Source: Acidimicrobiia bacterium
GTDB lineage: Bacteria; Actinomycetota; Acidimicrobiia; Acidimicrobiales; Bin134
DNA: 64,000 nucleotides
Direction of reading: 5' to 3'
Assembly: GCA_022827725.1 (NCBI GenBank)
Contig: JAJEIJ010000036.1
Coordinates: forward strand, 990-64,989
Notes under the pieces: generated by a model
Databases searched by the model: none
Seen by the model: only the letters and a program-made list of their open reading frames with translations
Told to the model about the DNA's origin: nothing
Program-made: the position numbers and the translations under genes
In this document: positions 1 to 8,912 of the stretch, one piece after another
Layout of the letters: the number at the start of each line of letters is the position of its first letter
Numbering within the stretch: the stretch's first letter is position 1

Positions 1-51
1 TACCTGTTCAACTGAACGGCGAACCATGAAATGACTATACCGACCGTCTGG

Positions 52-101
52 CTCGAATACTCCCAAGGCACGTTGACTCGAATACTCCCAAGGCACGTTG
101 A
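52..101. repeat. Perfect 25-bp tandem direct duplication (ctcgaatactcccaaggcacgttga x2)
   Basis: Read directly: 52-76 and 77-101 are identical. Lies about 95 bp upstream of the VOC-family CDS. Confidence 0.9.
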
Positions 102-196
102 GAGGTGAAGTCTTGGGAAGAGAGAAGTTCAGGGAGAAGGGATCCTGCCTGGGTAGGGTGGCGCCGCGGAAGTGTTGGTTACCCAAGGGAGGGCCG

Positions 197-559
197 ATGA
201 TCGCTGCGGCTGCGACGGTTGCTGTTTATGTGGAAGACACCGATGCGTCTTTGGGGTTCTGGGTGGACAAGGTGGGATTCGAGGTGCGGGTGGATCGGGT
301 CATGGGGTCGGAGCGGTGGGTGGAGGTTGGTCCGCCGGGAGCGGCCACGGCTTTGGTGCTGTATCCCCGCAAGATGATGAAGGGCTGGGAATCCCAGCGG
401 GCCAGCATCGTTTTCGAGTGCGATGACATTGAGGCCACCTATGCGACGCTCGTCGAGCGGGGTGTGACCATCGAACTTGAGCTCAGAGACATGCCCTGGG
501 GGAAGTTTGCCGCCTTCCAAGACGACCTCGGCAACAGCTACGGGCTTCGCCAGAAGTGA
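197..559 (+). CDS. VOC (glyoxalase/bleomycin-resistance/dioxygenase) family protein
   Basis: Part of ORF 98..559. ATG at 197 is preceded by aagggaggg. The ~120-aa product shows the VOC pattern (VYVEDTDASLGFW..GFEV ... FQDDLGNSYGL). Confidence 0.7.
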   Translation: MIAAAATVAVYVEDTDASLGFWVDKVGFEVRVDRVMGSERWVEVGPPGAATALVLYPRKMMKGWESQRASIVFECDDIEATYATLVERGVTIELELRDMPWGKFAAFQDDLGNSYGLRQK

Positions 560-587
560 TTTCGCGCCTCCCCTATCGGATTCGAAA

Positions 588-959
588 TCAAGCGGAGAGA
601 ATGTTGGCTCCGTAGAGCCCTATCTGAGGATCTCGGGTGACGAGCAGGAGATCGTAATTCAGCGCTTGGGCGACGAGCATCCGGTCGAACGGATCCCGGT
701 GGTAATCAGGCAAAGAGCCAGCTAGACGGGCGTCGGCATAGGTGATGGGGAGTGGCTCGAAATCGTCCTCGACAACCGAGTCGAAGGCCTCGTCAACGCT
801 CAACTTGCCCCGGGCCGTCTTGATGCTGATCTCCCATATGCTGGCCGCGCTGACGAACTTGACATTGTCGATGTCAGCGATTGCCGCGGCAGCTCCCCGC
901 TGAATCCTCTCTCCATGAACCCACCACAGCAGAACGTGGGTGTCGAGCAGGAGGTTCAC
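588..959 (-). CDS. vapC: Type II toxin, PIN-domain VapC family
   Basis: 123 aa. LLDTHVLLWW at the N-terminus and DPFDRMLVAQA near the C-terminus are typical PIN acidic motifs. 4-bp overlap with the upstream antitoxin gene. Confidence 0.85.
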   Translation of the reverse strand: MNLLLDTHVLLWWVHGERIQRGAAAAIADIDNVKFVSAASIWEISIKTARGKLSVDEAFDSVVEDDFEPLPITYADARLAGSLPDYHRDPFDRMLVAQALNYDLLLVTRDPQIGLYGANILSA

Positions 960-1207
960 TCCCAGTTCTCATCGTCAAGATCACCCTCGAAGGCAGCGAT
1001 GATGTCCTCTGGTGTTTCGTCAAAATCAGGGGCAATCCAGATTTTGCCTGCCAAACGGCCAGGAACGAGTTGCTTCCTCCGCTCCCGGTAGGGCACCAGC
1101 CGAGCCATTGGCTTGCCAGCCTTGCCCAACACGAGTTCTTCCCCTTCAGCAACCCGTTCAAGCAGCTTCGACAGATGGGTCTTGGCCTCGTACACGTTGA
1201 TCACCAT
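956..1207 (-). CDS. Type II antitoxin, Phd/YefM family
   Basis: 83 aa. N-terminus MVINVYEAKTHLSKLLERVAEGEELVLGKAGKPMARLVP is classic Phd/YefM. Translationally coupled to vapC. Confidence 0.85.
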   Translation of the reverse strand: MVINVYEAKTHLSKLLERVAEGEELVLGKAGKPMARLVPYRERRKQLVPGRLAGKIWIAPDFDETPEDIIAAFEGDLDDENWE

Positions 1208-1270
1208 GAGGAAATTTTATCCGAGTTGGTCAGACTAGACCAGACCAATTAGCTCAGCGGTAGGTGCAAC

Positions 1271-2488
1271 TCATGTCCGCGAGCGGACTGACGCCGGGGT
1301 TAGGTCGGTGGCTTTGAGGACGCCAATTAGGGCGAGGGTGCGGTGGAGGTCTTCGGTGAATTGGTCGATTAGGTGGTCTACGCCGGGTTCGCCGGCGGCG
1401 GCTAGGGCGTAGAGGTAGGGGCGGCCGAACATTACGGCGGTGGCGCCGAGGGCGAGGGCCATGGCAACGTGGCTGCCGCGGCGGACGCCGCCGTCGCAGA
1501 TGATGTCGAGATCGCCGCCTACGGCGTTGGCCACCTGGGGGACCAGCTCCAGGATGGGGGGTGCGCCGTCGAGCTGGCGGCCGCCGTGGTTGGAGAGGAT
1601 TATTCCGTCTACGCCCTGTTCAGCAGCTACCCGCGCGTCGGCCACTGATTGAACGCCTTTCAGCACGAGCTTTCCGGTCCAGCGCTCTCGGAGCCAGTCG
1701 AGGTCGTCCCATGACAGTGCCTGGTTGAACTGGTTGTGGGCGAACTCAGCCAGGCCCAACGCTGAGCTGCCGTCGTAGCCCTGCACTCCGGTCAGGTTGG
1801 CGAAGGTGATGGGGTCGGACCGCAGCAGCGACCACGTCCAACCCGGTCGGCGCACGCCGTCCAGAACGGTGTCGGGACCCAGCGTGGGCGGCAGAGTGAA
1901 GCCCCGGCGCACGTCCCGCTCCCGGCGGCCGAACACCGGCGTGTCCACCGCCACCAGCAAGGCCTCGTAATCGCAGTCGGCCGCCCGCTGGAGCCAGTCG
2001 GCCACCAGGCCGCGGTCCCGCCAGAAGTAGAGCTGGAACCACAACGGGCCGTCGCTCACCTCTCTGATCTCCTCGATCGAGCGGGTGCTAAGCGTAGAAA
2101 GCGAGTAGGCGATCCCCTTGCGGGCCGCAGACCGGGCCACGGCCAGCTCCCCGTCGGGGCACACGATGCGGGTGAACCCGGTGGGGGCAAGGGCGAACGG
2201 CACCGGATGGCGCCGGCCCAGCAACTCCACTGAGGTATCCAGCGCCGACACGTCCCGCAGCACCCGGGGGACGAACTCCCACTGGTCGAAGGCGGCGGCG
2301 TTGTGCTCCATGGTCAGCTCGTCCTCGGCCGCGCCGTCGATATAGTCGAACACCCCAGCAGGCAGCCGCCGCCGGGCCAGCTCCCGCAGGTCGGCCACCG
2401 ACGCTGCCCGGCTCAGCCGCCGCTTGGCCCGGTTCGGCTCAAACCGCCGAAACCGCGCCACCGACCGCAGCGTCCGGATCATGCCCAC
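1271..2488 (-). CDS. FMN-dependent alpha-hydroxy-acid dehydrogenase/oxidase (L-lactate dehydrogenase/glycolate oxidase family)
   Basis: 405 aa. Family active-site signature SNHGGRQLDG is present, with a TIM-barrel FMN pattern throughout. Confidence 0.85.
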   Translation of the reverse strand: MGMIRTLRSVARFRRFEPNRAKRRLSRAASVADLRELARRRLPAGVFDYIDGAAEDELTMEHNAAAFDQWEFVPRVLRDVSALDTSVELLGRRHPVPFALAPTGFTRIVCPDGELAVARSAARKGIAYSLSTLSTRSIEEIREVSDGPLWFQLYFWRDRGLVADWLQRAADCDYEALLVAVDTPVFGRRERDVRRGFTLPPTLGPDTVLDGVRRPGWTWSLLRSDPITFANLTGVQGYDGSSALGLAEFAHNQFNQALSWDDLDWLRERWTGKLVLKGVQSVADARVAAEQGVDGIILSNHGGRQLDGAPPILELVPQVANAVGGDLDIICDGGVRRGSHVAMALALGATAVMFGRPYLYALAAAGEPGVDHLIDQFTEDLHRTLALIGVLKATDLTPASVRSRT

Positions 2489-2552
2489 AAACTGAACTTA
2501 CAGCGGCCCGCCTCGTCGTCCCTCAATCAGGATTGTGGGAGCATGGCCGGTA

Positions 2553-3359
2553 ATGGATGCCGACTACTGGCAGGACGGCTACCTCATTCGGCGCAAGCTG
2601 GTGCCCGGAGAGATGATCGACACCCTCAACCAGCGATTCGCCGAAATCGCCGACGGCACCGTCGACCAAGCTCCCAACATGCAGGTGGCCCGCAACGTAG
2701 AGGTTGCCAAAGGTCTGGTCACCCCCCGCACTCCAGCCCATGGCATCGCCAAAGTGAACTTCGTCAACGGCGATCCGGTGATGTCCCGCTATGCGCGCTA
2801 CGAGCCGATCATCGACCAGGTGACCGAGCTCATCGGCGACGACCTAATCGCCTTGAACAGCATGTACCTCAACAAGCCCACTGACGTCGACGGCCGCCAC
2901 CCCCTGCACCAGGATCTGCTGTACTTCCCGCTCCGCCCCGCCGACCGCATCGTCGGGGTGTGGACGGCGCTCGACACCATCACCCAGGAAAACGGTTGCT
3001 TGGTGGTGTTGCCCGGCACCCACACCGGCGAGCTCCTCGAGCACGACTACCCCGACTGGGAGCACAAGAACTTCCTGTTCTTCGGGGCCAAAGGTATCGA
3101 CGTCGACCAGCGAGTCCATTTGGAGATGGATCCCGGCGACACCTTGTTCTTCCACCCCTTACTGGTCCATGGCTCCGGCTACAACCGCACCGAGGACCTT
3201 CGTCGGGCCATTGCCGTCCACTACGCCAGCTCCCACTGCGAGGATATTTGGCGCGGGGAAACCAAGACCATCGGCGATTTCAACCCCCGCCTAGACATCC
3301 GCCTCATTAGAGGCCAAGACCACAACCAGTACGCCCATAACCCCGCAACATCAAGCTAG
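2553..3359 (+). CDS. Phytanoyl-CoA dioxygenase (PhyH) family Fe(II)/2OG oxygenase
   Basis: ORF 2535..3359. ATG 2553 follows gggag. HPLHQDLLYFP (H-x-D) and FFHPLLVHGSGYN motifs are typical of PhyH. Confidence 0.75.
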   Translation: MDADYWQDGYLIRRKLVPGEMIDTLNQRFAEIADGTVDQAPNMQVARNVEVAKGLVTPRTPAHGIAKVNFVNGDPVMSRYARYEPIIDQVTELIGDDLIALNSMYLNKPTDVDGRHPLHQDLLYFPLRPADRIVGVWTALDTITQENGCLVVLPGTHTGELLEHDYPDWEHKNFLFFGAKGIDVDQRVHLEMDPGDTLFFHPLLVHGSGYNRTEDLRRAIAVHYASSHCEDIWRGETKTIGDFNPRLDIRLIRGQDHNQYAHNPATSS

Positions 3360-4310
3360 GGGCCCACCCCCGTACGCAGAATCGAACTTTGCCTGAAGCC
3401 ACGGACCGGCTTCCACGGTGCCATACCTGGCCTGGTTGGTTGCACTGACGCAGGTTTCGAATGGCGTCACCTCGGCGTGCCAGTTCGGCTGATGGAAGAA
3501 CGCAATCGCATAGCGGTGTTCGCGCCGTGCCCGCTCGGTAACAGGGAGAGCCACGCGGTGACGAGTAGAGCGCCATCGATCGTTGGTCCATTGCGCGAGG
3601 AGGTCGCCAGTGTTGATCACGAAGCAGTCGTCGATTGGCTGGACCGGGACCCAGTGGCCTTCGACGTGTTCAACTTCGAGTCCTCCACTGCCCGCACCCG
3701 GCAACAAGATTGTGATGGTTCCGTAGTCAGTGTGAACTCCTGCTCTCAGTTGGCCCTCCTCCGCGGGCTGGGTGACGGGCGGGTAGTGAATACCGCGAAG
3801 CGCGGACAGGTGTTGGTCAATCGATGGTTCGAAGTGCGTTGTCGGCAGGCGGAGGGCCTCGGCCATCAGTTGGAGGATGCGGCCGGCGAGATTCTCCATC
3901 GCGTCGTAGTACGCCTCCCAGGCCGGGCGGAGCGTGGTTGGGTGTGACGGCCAGAGTCGATCCTTGCCCCCGAACACGCCAGTGGGATCAGCGTGGTGTT
4001 TGGGTGGTGCCACGTTGAAGGTCTCTTTGAGGTCCGGGGGTGTCGCTTCCCCCAAAGATGCCGCAAGTGTCTCTTGTTGGGGTGCGTGGTAGCCATAGGG
4101 ATGGTTCGCGTCCGTCGGGTGATGTGCAGTCATCTTGACGTCGTGAGATTGACCGAAGAAAGCAACGATCTCGTGCCAAGCGGTGCCGATCGTGTTGCTG
4201 TCGACGCCATGGCCAGCAATGATGAAAAACCCAGCGTTCGTTGCGGCGTCATCGATCTGGCGTACGACCGCTTCGCGTGGGCCACTCAGGTCTACGACCG
4301 GAATGCTCAT
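3351..4310 (-). CDS. 2OG-Fe(II) oxygenase (isopenicillin N synthase-like family)
   Basis: ORF 3351..4352. Internal ATG at 4310 gives MSIPVVDLSG, the typical DIOX_N start. HTDYGTITIL (H-x-D) and WRSTRHRV are present. 9-bp convergent 3' overlap with the PhyH gene. Confidence 0.8.
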   Translation of the reverse strand: MSIPVVDLSGPREAVVRQIDDAATNAGFFIIAGHGVDSNTIGTAWHEIVAFFGQSHDVKMTAHHPTDANHPYGYHAPQQETLAASLGEATPPDLKETFNVAPPKHHADPTGVFGGKDRLWPSHPTTLRPAWEAYYDAMENLAGRILQLMAEALRLPTTHFEPSIDQHLSALRGIHYPPVTQPAEEGQLRAGVHTDYGTITILLPGAGSGGLEVEHVEGHWVPVQPIDDCFVINTGDLLAQWTNDRWRSTRHRVALPVTERARREHRYAIAFFHQPNWHAEVTPFETCVSATNQARYGTVEAGPWLQAKFDSAYGGGPLA

Positions 4311-4439
4311 CGCCACATCCTCCCCCAGCCTCTGGCCAATTATGCCCCGCATTACAGTGTCGGCATCACCCGCTCATCGATCGCGACCCACATCAGCAAC
4401 CCCACGGCTCAAGGCAAGGCAAGGGGGCGAGGCTATGTC

Positions 4440-5321
4440 GTGGCCGACGAGCCCTATGTTGTCGTCATTGGCGGAGCGAACGTCGACATCGAGGGCCGAT
4501 GCTCCACACCACCACTGCCACACGAATCGAACCCTGGTGCCGTCGCCATCTCGGCTGGTGGCGTCGGCCGCAACATCGCCGCGAATCTCGCCGCGACCGG
4601 ACTCCAAACACACCTGGTAACCGCCCTCGGAGAGGACGACCACGGCCAACTCATCTACAACCGCACATCAACAAGCGGCGTTGATCTGTCGTCGGTGCTG
4701 TGGACCTCCCAGCACCCGACGGCCACCTACCTGTCCATCATTGACGCGAACGGCGAACTCCTCATGGCCGTCAACGATATGGCCATCACCGCAGTCGTGG
4801 ACCGCAAGGCCATCGCCACGCGCGCGGAGCTCTTGCGCCACGCCCGGGTTGTGGTTGTGGACTGCAACCTCAACGACGAAGCCCTCGATGAGATCACCAG
4901 CCTCTCCCCTACTGTGTTCGTCGACACAACCTCGGTCGCCAAGGCACCCCGGATTCGGCCCTATCTGGATCGCATCCACACGCTGAAGCCAAACCGCGCC
5001 GAAGCGACCGCGCTCACCGGGATCGACATTCACAACACCGCGACAGCTCGCATAGCTGCGCAGCGGCTCCTTGACGCTGGTGTCGCCACCGTCTACCTAA
5101 CGCTCGGACCCGACGGTGTCGTCTGGGCCGACCAGGAAGGCGGCGGCGGATTCCACTCGGCACCACAGATTCACGCGCTCAGCACGACCGGCGCTGGTGA
5201 CGCGTTCACCGCAGCACTCGTTAGGGGATTCTGCAACCTCACCGGCCCCGACGAACTCATCGAGCTCGCCACCGAACAAGCCGCAGCCATCACTACCGAA
5301 CTCACCCCCGGCCTCCAGTAG
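4440..5321 (+). CDS. psuK: PfkB-family carbohydrate kinase, pseudouridine kinase-like
   Basis: Part of ORF 3993..5321. VVVIGGANVDIEG, GGVGRNIA and TTGAGDAFTAAL are PfkB motifs. Immediately upstream of psuG. The start is uncertain: GTG 4440, or ATG 4209 (see finding). Confidence 0.7.
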   Translation: MADEPYVVVIGGANVDIEGRCSTPPLPHESNPGAVAISAGGVGRNIAANLAATGLQTHLVTALGEDDHGQLIYNRTSTSGVDLSSVLWTSQHPTATYLSIIDANGELLMAVNDMAITAVVDRKAIATRAELLRHARVVVVDCNLNDEALDEITSLSPTVFVDTTSVAKAPRIRPYLDRIHTLKPNRAEATALTGIDIHNTATARIAAQRLLDAGVATVYLTLGPDGVVWADQEGGGGFHSAPQIHALSTTGAGDAFTAALVRGFCNLTGPDELIELATEQAAAITTELTPGLQ

Positions 5322-5344
5322 GCCGGCAATCCCCAGGAGATGAA

Positions 5345-6265
5345 TTGAACTCACAGCACACGCCCCACATCGTGTTCAGCGACGAGGTCGCCGCCGCCGC
5401 AGCCAACCAGGAAGCGATCGTTGCTCTCGAGTCCACCATCATCACCCACGGAATGCCCGCACCTGACAACGTCGAGACCGCCCGTCACCTGGAAGCAGCC
5501 GTTCGCGCCAACGGCGCAACCCCAGCCACGATCGCGGTCGTCGACGGCGTCGCCCGCATCGGACTCACTGACGAGGAGCTTGACCGGCTCGGCCAGCCCG
5601 ACCCGGAGCTCGTCAAGATCGGCAACCAGAATCTCGCCGCGTCGTTCTACCTTGGTCAAACTGGCGGTACCACCGTCGCGGTAACGATGAAACTCGCCGC
5701 TCTCGCCGGAATCAGGATCTTCGCCACGGGCGGGATCGGCGGCGTTCACCGCGGCGCGCAGTACAGCTTCGACATCAGCGGCGACCTCGAAGAGCTCGCC
5801 CGCACCCCCGTGGCCGTTGTGTCCGCAGGCTTCAAGTCGATCCTTGACATCGCCAAGACCACCGAATACCTAGAAACACTTGGAGTCCCGATCGTCGGCT
5901 ACCAGACGGCGATTCTCCCGTCCTTCTACAGCATCGACAGTCCCCATGAGGTCAACCTCCAGTTGGATAGTCCCGAAGCCATCGGCGACTACCTTCACAC
6001 CCACTGGAACCTTGACCCAGCCCGCGGTGCCGTGATCGCGAACCCCATCCCACAACACGCAGCAATCCCTACCGACCGCATAGAGGCGGCAATAGCCCAA
6101 GCGTGCGTTCACGCCGATGCTGAGGGCATCAGCGGCAAAGAACTCACCCCATTCCTACTGCAATGGCTCGTCGATGCAACCGACGGCGAGAGCCTAGAAG
6201 CGAACAAAGAGCTGGTGCTCAACAACGCGAAGGTCGCAGCGCTGATCGCCCAGCACCTCACATAG
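5345..6265 (+). CDS. psuG: Pseudouridine-5'-phosphate glycosidase
   Basis: 306 aa. IVALESTIITHGMPAPDN and the overall IndA/PsuG pattern. TTG start 5 nt after aggaga. Confidence 0.85.
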   Translation: MNSQHTPHIVFSDEVAAAAANQEAIVALESTIITHGMPAPDNVETARHLEAAVRANGATPATIAVVDGVARIGLTDEELDRLGQPDPELVKIGNQNLAASFYLGQTGGTTVAVTMKLAALAGIRIFATGGIGGVHRGAQYSFDISGDLEELARTPVAVVSAGFKSILDIAKTTEYLETLGVPIVGYQTAILPSFYSIDSPHEVNLQLDSPEAIGDYLHTHWNLDPARGAVIANPIPQHAAIPTDRIEAAIAQACVHADAEGISGKELTPFLLQWLVDATDGESLEANKELVLNNAKVAALIAQHLT

Positions 6266-6359
6266 CCATGTGAGTCCCAAGACAAAGAGGGTGGTGCCAA
6301 CAGCCCCCACGCGTAACGACTGCAACCCGCTGCAAATACAACAGTACGATGACCAAGCG

Positions 6360-8903
6360 ATGACGGCCCCCCGCAACGTCCCCGAGAAGCCCGCGCTCGA
6401 GGGCCTCGAAACCAAGTGGGACGACATCTGGGAAGCCGACGGAACGTACCGCTTCGACCGCACTGCCACCCGCGACCAGGTCTACTCCATAGATACCCCG
6501 CCCCCCACCGTGAGCGGCTCGCTCCATGTGGGCCACATGTTCAGCTACACCCATTGCGACACCCTGGCCCGGTATCAGCGTATGCAGGGCAAAGAGGTGT
6601 ACTACCCCATGGGCTGGGACGACAACGGCCTGCCCACCGAGCGCCGGGTGCAGAACTACTTCGGCGTCCGCTGCGATCCCTCCCTCCCCTACGACCCGCA
6701 CTACCAGCCCCCCGACGAGCCCGGCAAGGACCAGCTCCCCATCTCCCGGCGCAACTTCGTTGAGCTGTGCGAGCAGCTCAACGCCACCGACGAGCAGGCC
6801 TTCGAGGAGCTGTGGCGCCGCCTTGGCCTATCCATCGACTGGTCGCTCACCTACGCCACCATTGACGAGCGCAGCCGCCGGGCTTCCCAGCGAGCCTTCC
6901 TTCGCAACCTGGCCCGGGGCGAGGCCTACCAGAGCGAGGCCCCCAGCCTTTGGGACGTGACCTTCCGCACCGCAGTGGCCCAGGCCGAGCTGGAAGACCG
7001 GGAACGCCCCGGCGCCTACCACCGCCTGGCTTTCCACCTGCCCGACGGCGGCGACCTGCCCATCGACACCACCCGACCCGAGCTGTTGGCCGCCTGCGTG
7101 GCCGTGGTGGCCCACCCCGACGACCAGCGCTACCAGCCCCTGTTCGGCCAAACCATCACCACCCCGCTGTTCAAGGCGGCGGTGCCCATGGTGGCCCACA
7201 CCCTCGCCGACCCCGAGAAGGGCACCGGCGCGGTCATGATCTGCACCTTCGGTGACACCACCGACGTGACCTGGTGGCGGGAGCTGAATCTGCCGGTGCG
7301 GGCCATCGTCGACCGGGGCGGCCGCATCGTGCCCGACGCCCCCACCGGCATCGACCCCGCCCCCTACGCTGAGATCGCCGGGCGCACCATCCATGGCGCT
7401 CAGCAGCGAACGGTGGAGCTCCTTACCGAGTCAGGCGAGCTGATCGGCGAGCCCCGGCCCATCACCCACCCGGTGAAGTTCTTCGAGAAGGGCCAGCGCC
7501 CCCTGGAGATCGTCACCTCCCGCCAGTGGTACATCCGCAACGGCGGACGCGACGAGGCTCTGCGCGACGCCCTCATCGACAGGGGACGGGAGCTCAACTG
7601 GGTGCCCGAGCACATGCGGGTCCGCTATGAGAACTGGGTCGGCGGGCTGAACGGCGACTGGCTCATCAGCAGCCAGCGCTTCTTCGGTGTGCCCTTCCCC
7701 ATCTGGTACCCGCTCGATGCCGACGGCCAGCCCGACTACGACCACCCCATCGCCGCCGACGAGGCCAACCTGCCGATCGACCCGTCATCCGACACGCCCC
7801 CCGGCTACACCGAGGATCAGCGGGATCAGCCCGGCGGTTTCGCCGCCGACCCCGACGTCATGGACACCTGGGCCACCTCCTCGCTGAGCCCCCAGATCGC
7901 CTGCTACTGGGAGGACGACCCCGACCTGTTCGAGCGCACCTTCCCCATGGACCTGCGCCCCCAGGCCCACGAGATCATCCGCACCTGGCTGTTCGCCACC
8001 GTGACCCGGGCCCACTTCGAGCACGACGGGCTGCCTTGGTCCACCGCGGCCATATCCGGCTGGGTGCTCGACCCCGACCGCAAGAAGATGTCCAAGTCGA
8101 AGGGCAACGTGGTCACCCCCATGGGCACCCTGGAGCAATTCGGCGCCGACGCCCTGCGCTATTGGGCGTCGTCGGGGCGGCCCGGCACCGACACCGCCTT
8201 TGAGGAAGGCCAGATGAAGGTGGGCCGGCGCCTGGCCGTCAAGATCCTCAACGCCAGCCGCTTCGTGCTCGGCCAAGAGCCCTCCGCCGACGCCCAGCCC
8301 ACCGAGACCCTCGACCGGGCCCTGCTGGCCCACCTGGCCAACCTGATCGACGACGCCACTGCCGCCTTCGACAGGGGCGACTACGCCCGAGCCCTGGAGA
8401 GCACCGAGACTTCGTTCTGGTCGTTCACCGACGACTATCTGGAGCTGGTGAAGAACCGGGCCTACGGCGGTCGGGGCGGGCCAGCGGGCGAGTCAGCCCG
8501 CTCCACCCTGGAGACGGCTCTCATCGCCTACCTCAAGCTGTTCGCCCCGTTCCTGCCCTATGTAACCGAAGAGGTGTGGTCGTGGTGGCAGGAGGGCTCA
8601 GTCCACCGCTCCCCCTGGCCTGTCGGGGCCGAGCTGCGGACCGCAGCGGGCGATGTGAACCCCGATGCCACCGCAGTGGCAGCCGATGCCCTACGGGAGA
8701 TCCGCCGCATCAAGAGCGATGCCAAGGTGCGCCTGGCCACTGCGGTCACCACCGCCACCGTCACCGACACCTCCGAGCGGCTGGCCATCTTGGAGCAGGT
8801 GGCCGACGACGTGGCCGACGCCGGGCGGTGCCAGGAGCTGCTCACCGCGGTGGGCCCAGAGCTGTCGGTGACCGCGGAGCTGGAAACCGAGTCCGCGGCC
8901 TAG
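6360..8903 (+). CDS. valS: Valine--tRNA ligase
   Basis: ORF 6270..8903. ATG 6360 gives the usual N-terminus (PEKPALEGLETKWDDIW). Class I HIGH-type motif SGSLHVGH, KMSKSKGN, and a long editing-domain insertion. Confidence 0.9.
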   Translation: MTAPRNVPEKPALEGLETKWDDIWEADGTYRFDRTATRDQVYSIDTPPPTVSGSLHVGHMFSYTHCDTLARYQRMQGKEVYYPMGWDDNGLPTERRVQNYFGVRCDPSLPYDPHYQPPDEPGKDQLPISRRNFVELCEQLNATDEQAFEELWRRLGLSIDWSLTYATIDERSRRASQRAFLRNLARGEAYQSEAPSLWDVTFRTAVAQAELEDRERPGAYHRLAFHLPDGGDLPIDTTRPELLAACVAVVAHPDDQRYQPLFGQTITTPLFKAAVPMVAHTLADPEKGTGAVMICTFGDTTDVTWWRELNLPVRAIVDRGGRIVPDAPTGIDPAPYAEIAGRTIHGAQQRTVELLTESGELIGEPRPITHPVKFFEKGQRPLEIVTSRQWYIRNGGRDEALRDALIDRGRELNWVPEHMRVRYENWVGGLNGDWLISSQRFFGVPFPIWYPLDADGQPDYDHPIAADEANLPIDPSSDTPPGYTEDQRDQPGGFAADPDVMDTWATSSLSPQIACYWEDDPDLFERTFPMDLRPQAHEIIRTWLFATVTRAHFEHDGLPWSTAAISGWVLDPDRKKMSKSKGNVVTPMGTLEQFGADALRYWASSGRPGTDTAFEEGQMKVGRRLAVKILNASRFVLGQEPSADAQPTETLDRALLAHLANLIDDATAAFDRGDYARALESTETSFWSFTDDYLELVKNRAYGGRGGPAGESARSTLETALIAYLKLFAPFLPYVTEEVWSWWQEGSVHRSPWPVGAELRTAAGDVNPDATAVAADALREIRRIKSDAKVRLATAVTTATVTDTSERLAILEQVADDVADAGRCQELLTAVGPELSVTAELETESAA

Positions 8904-8912
8904 TGGTCCGAG

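Noticed and set aside
3993-4439. 5'-extended versions of real genes in the ORF track. Examples: 3993 for psuK, 24156 for dinG, 25028 for uppS, 44310 for the crotonase, 43492 for the MDR reductase, 60257 for coxL, 61604 for coxM, 61216 for the methyltransferase, 56754 for EamA, 19040 for the PPDK-like gene.
   Set aside because: The extensions overlap neighbouring genes or read antisense through them and have junk-like composition. Internal starts give N-termini that match the family pattern and sensible gene spacing.
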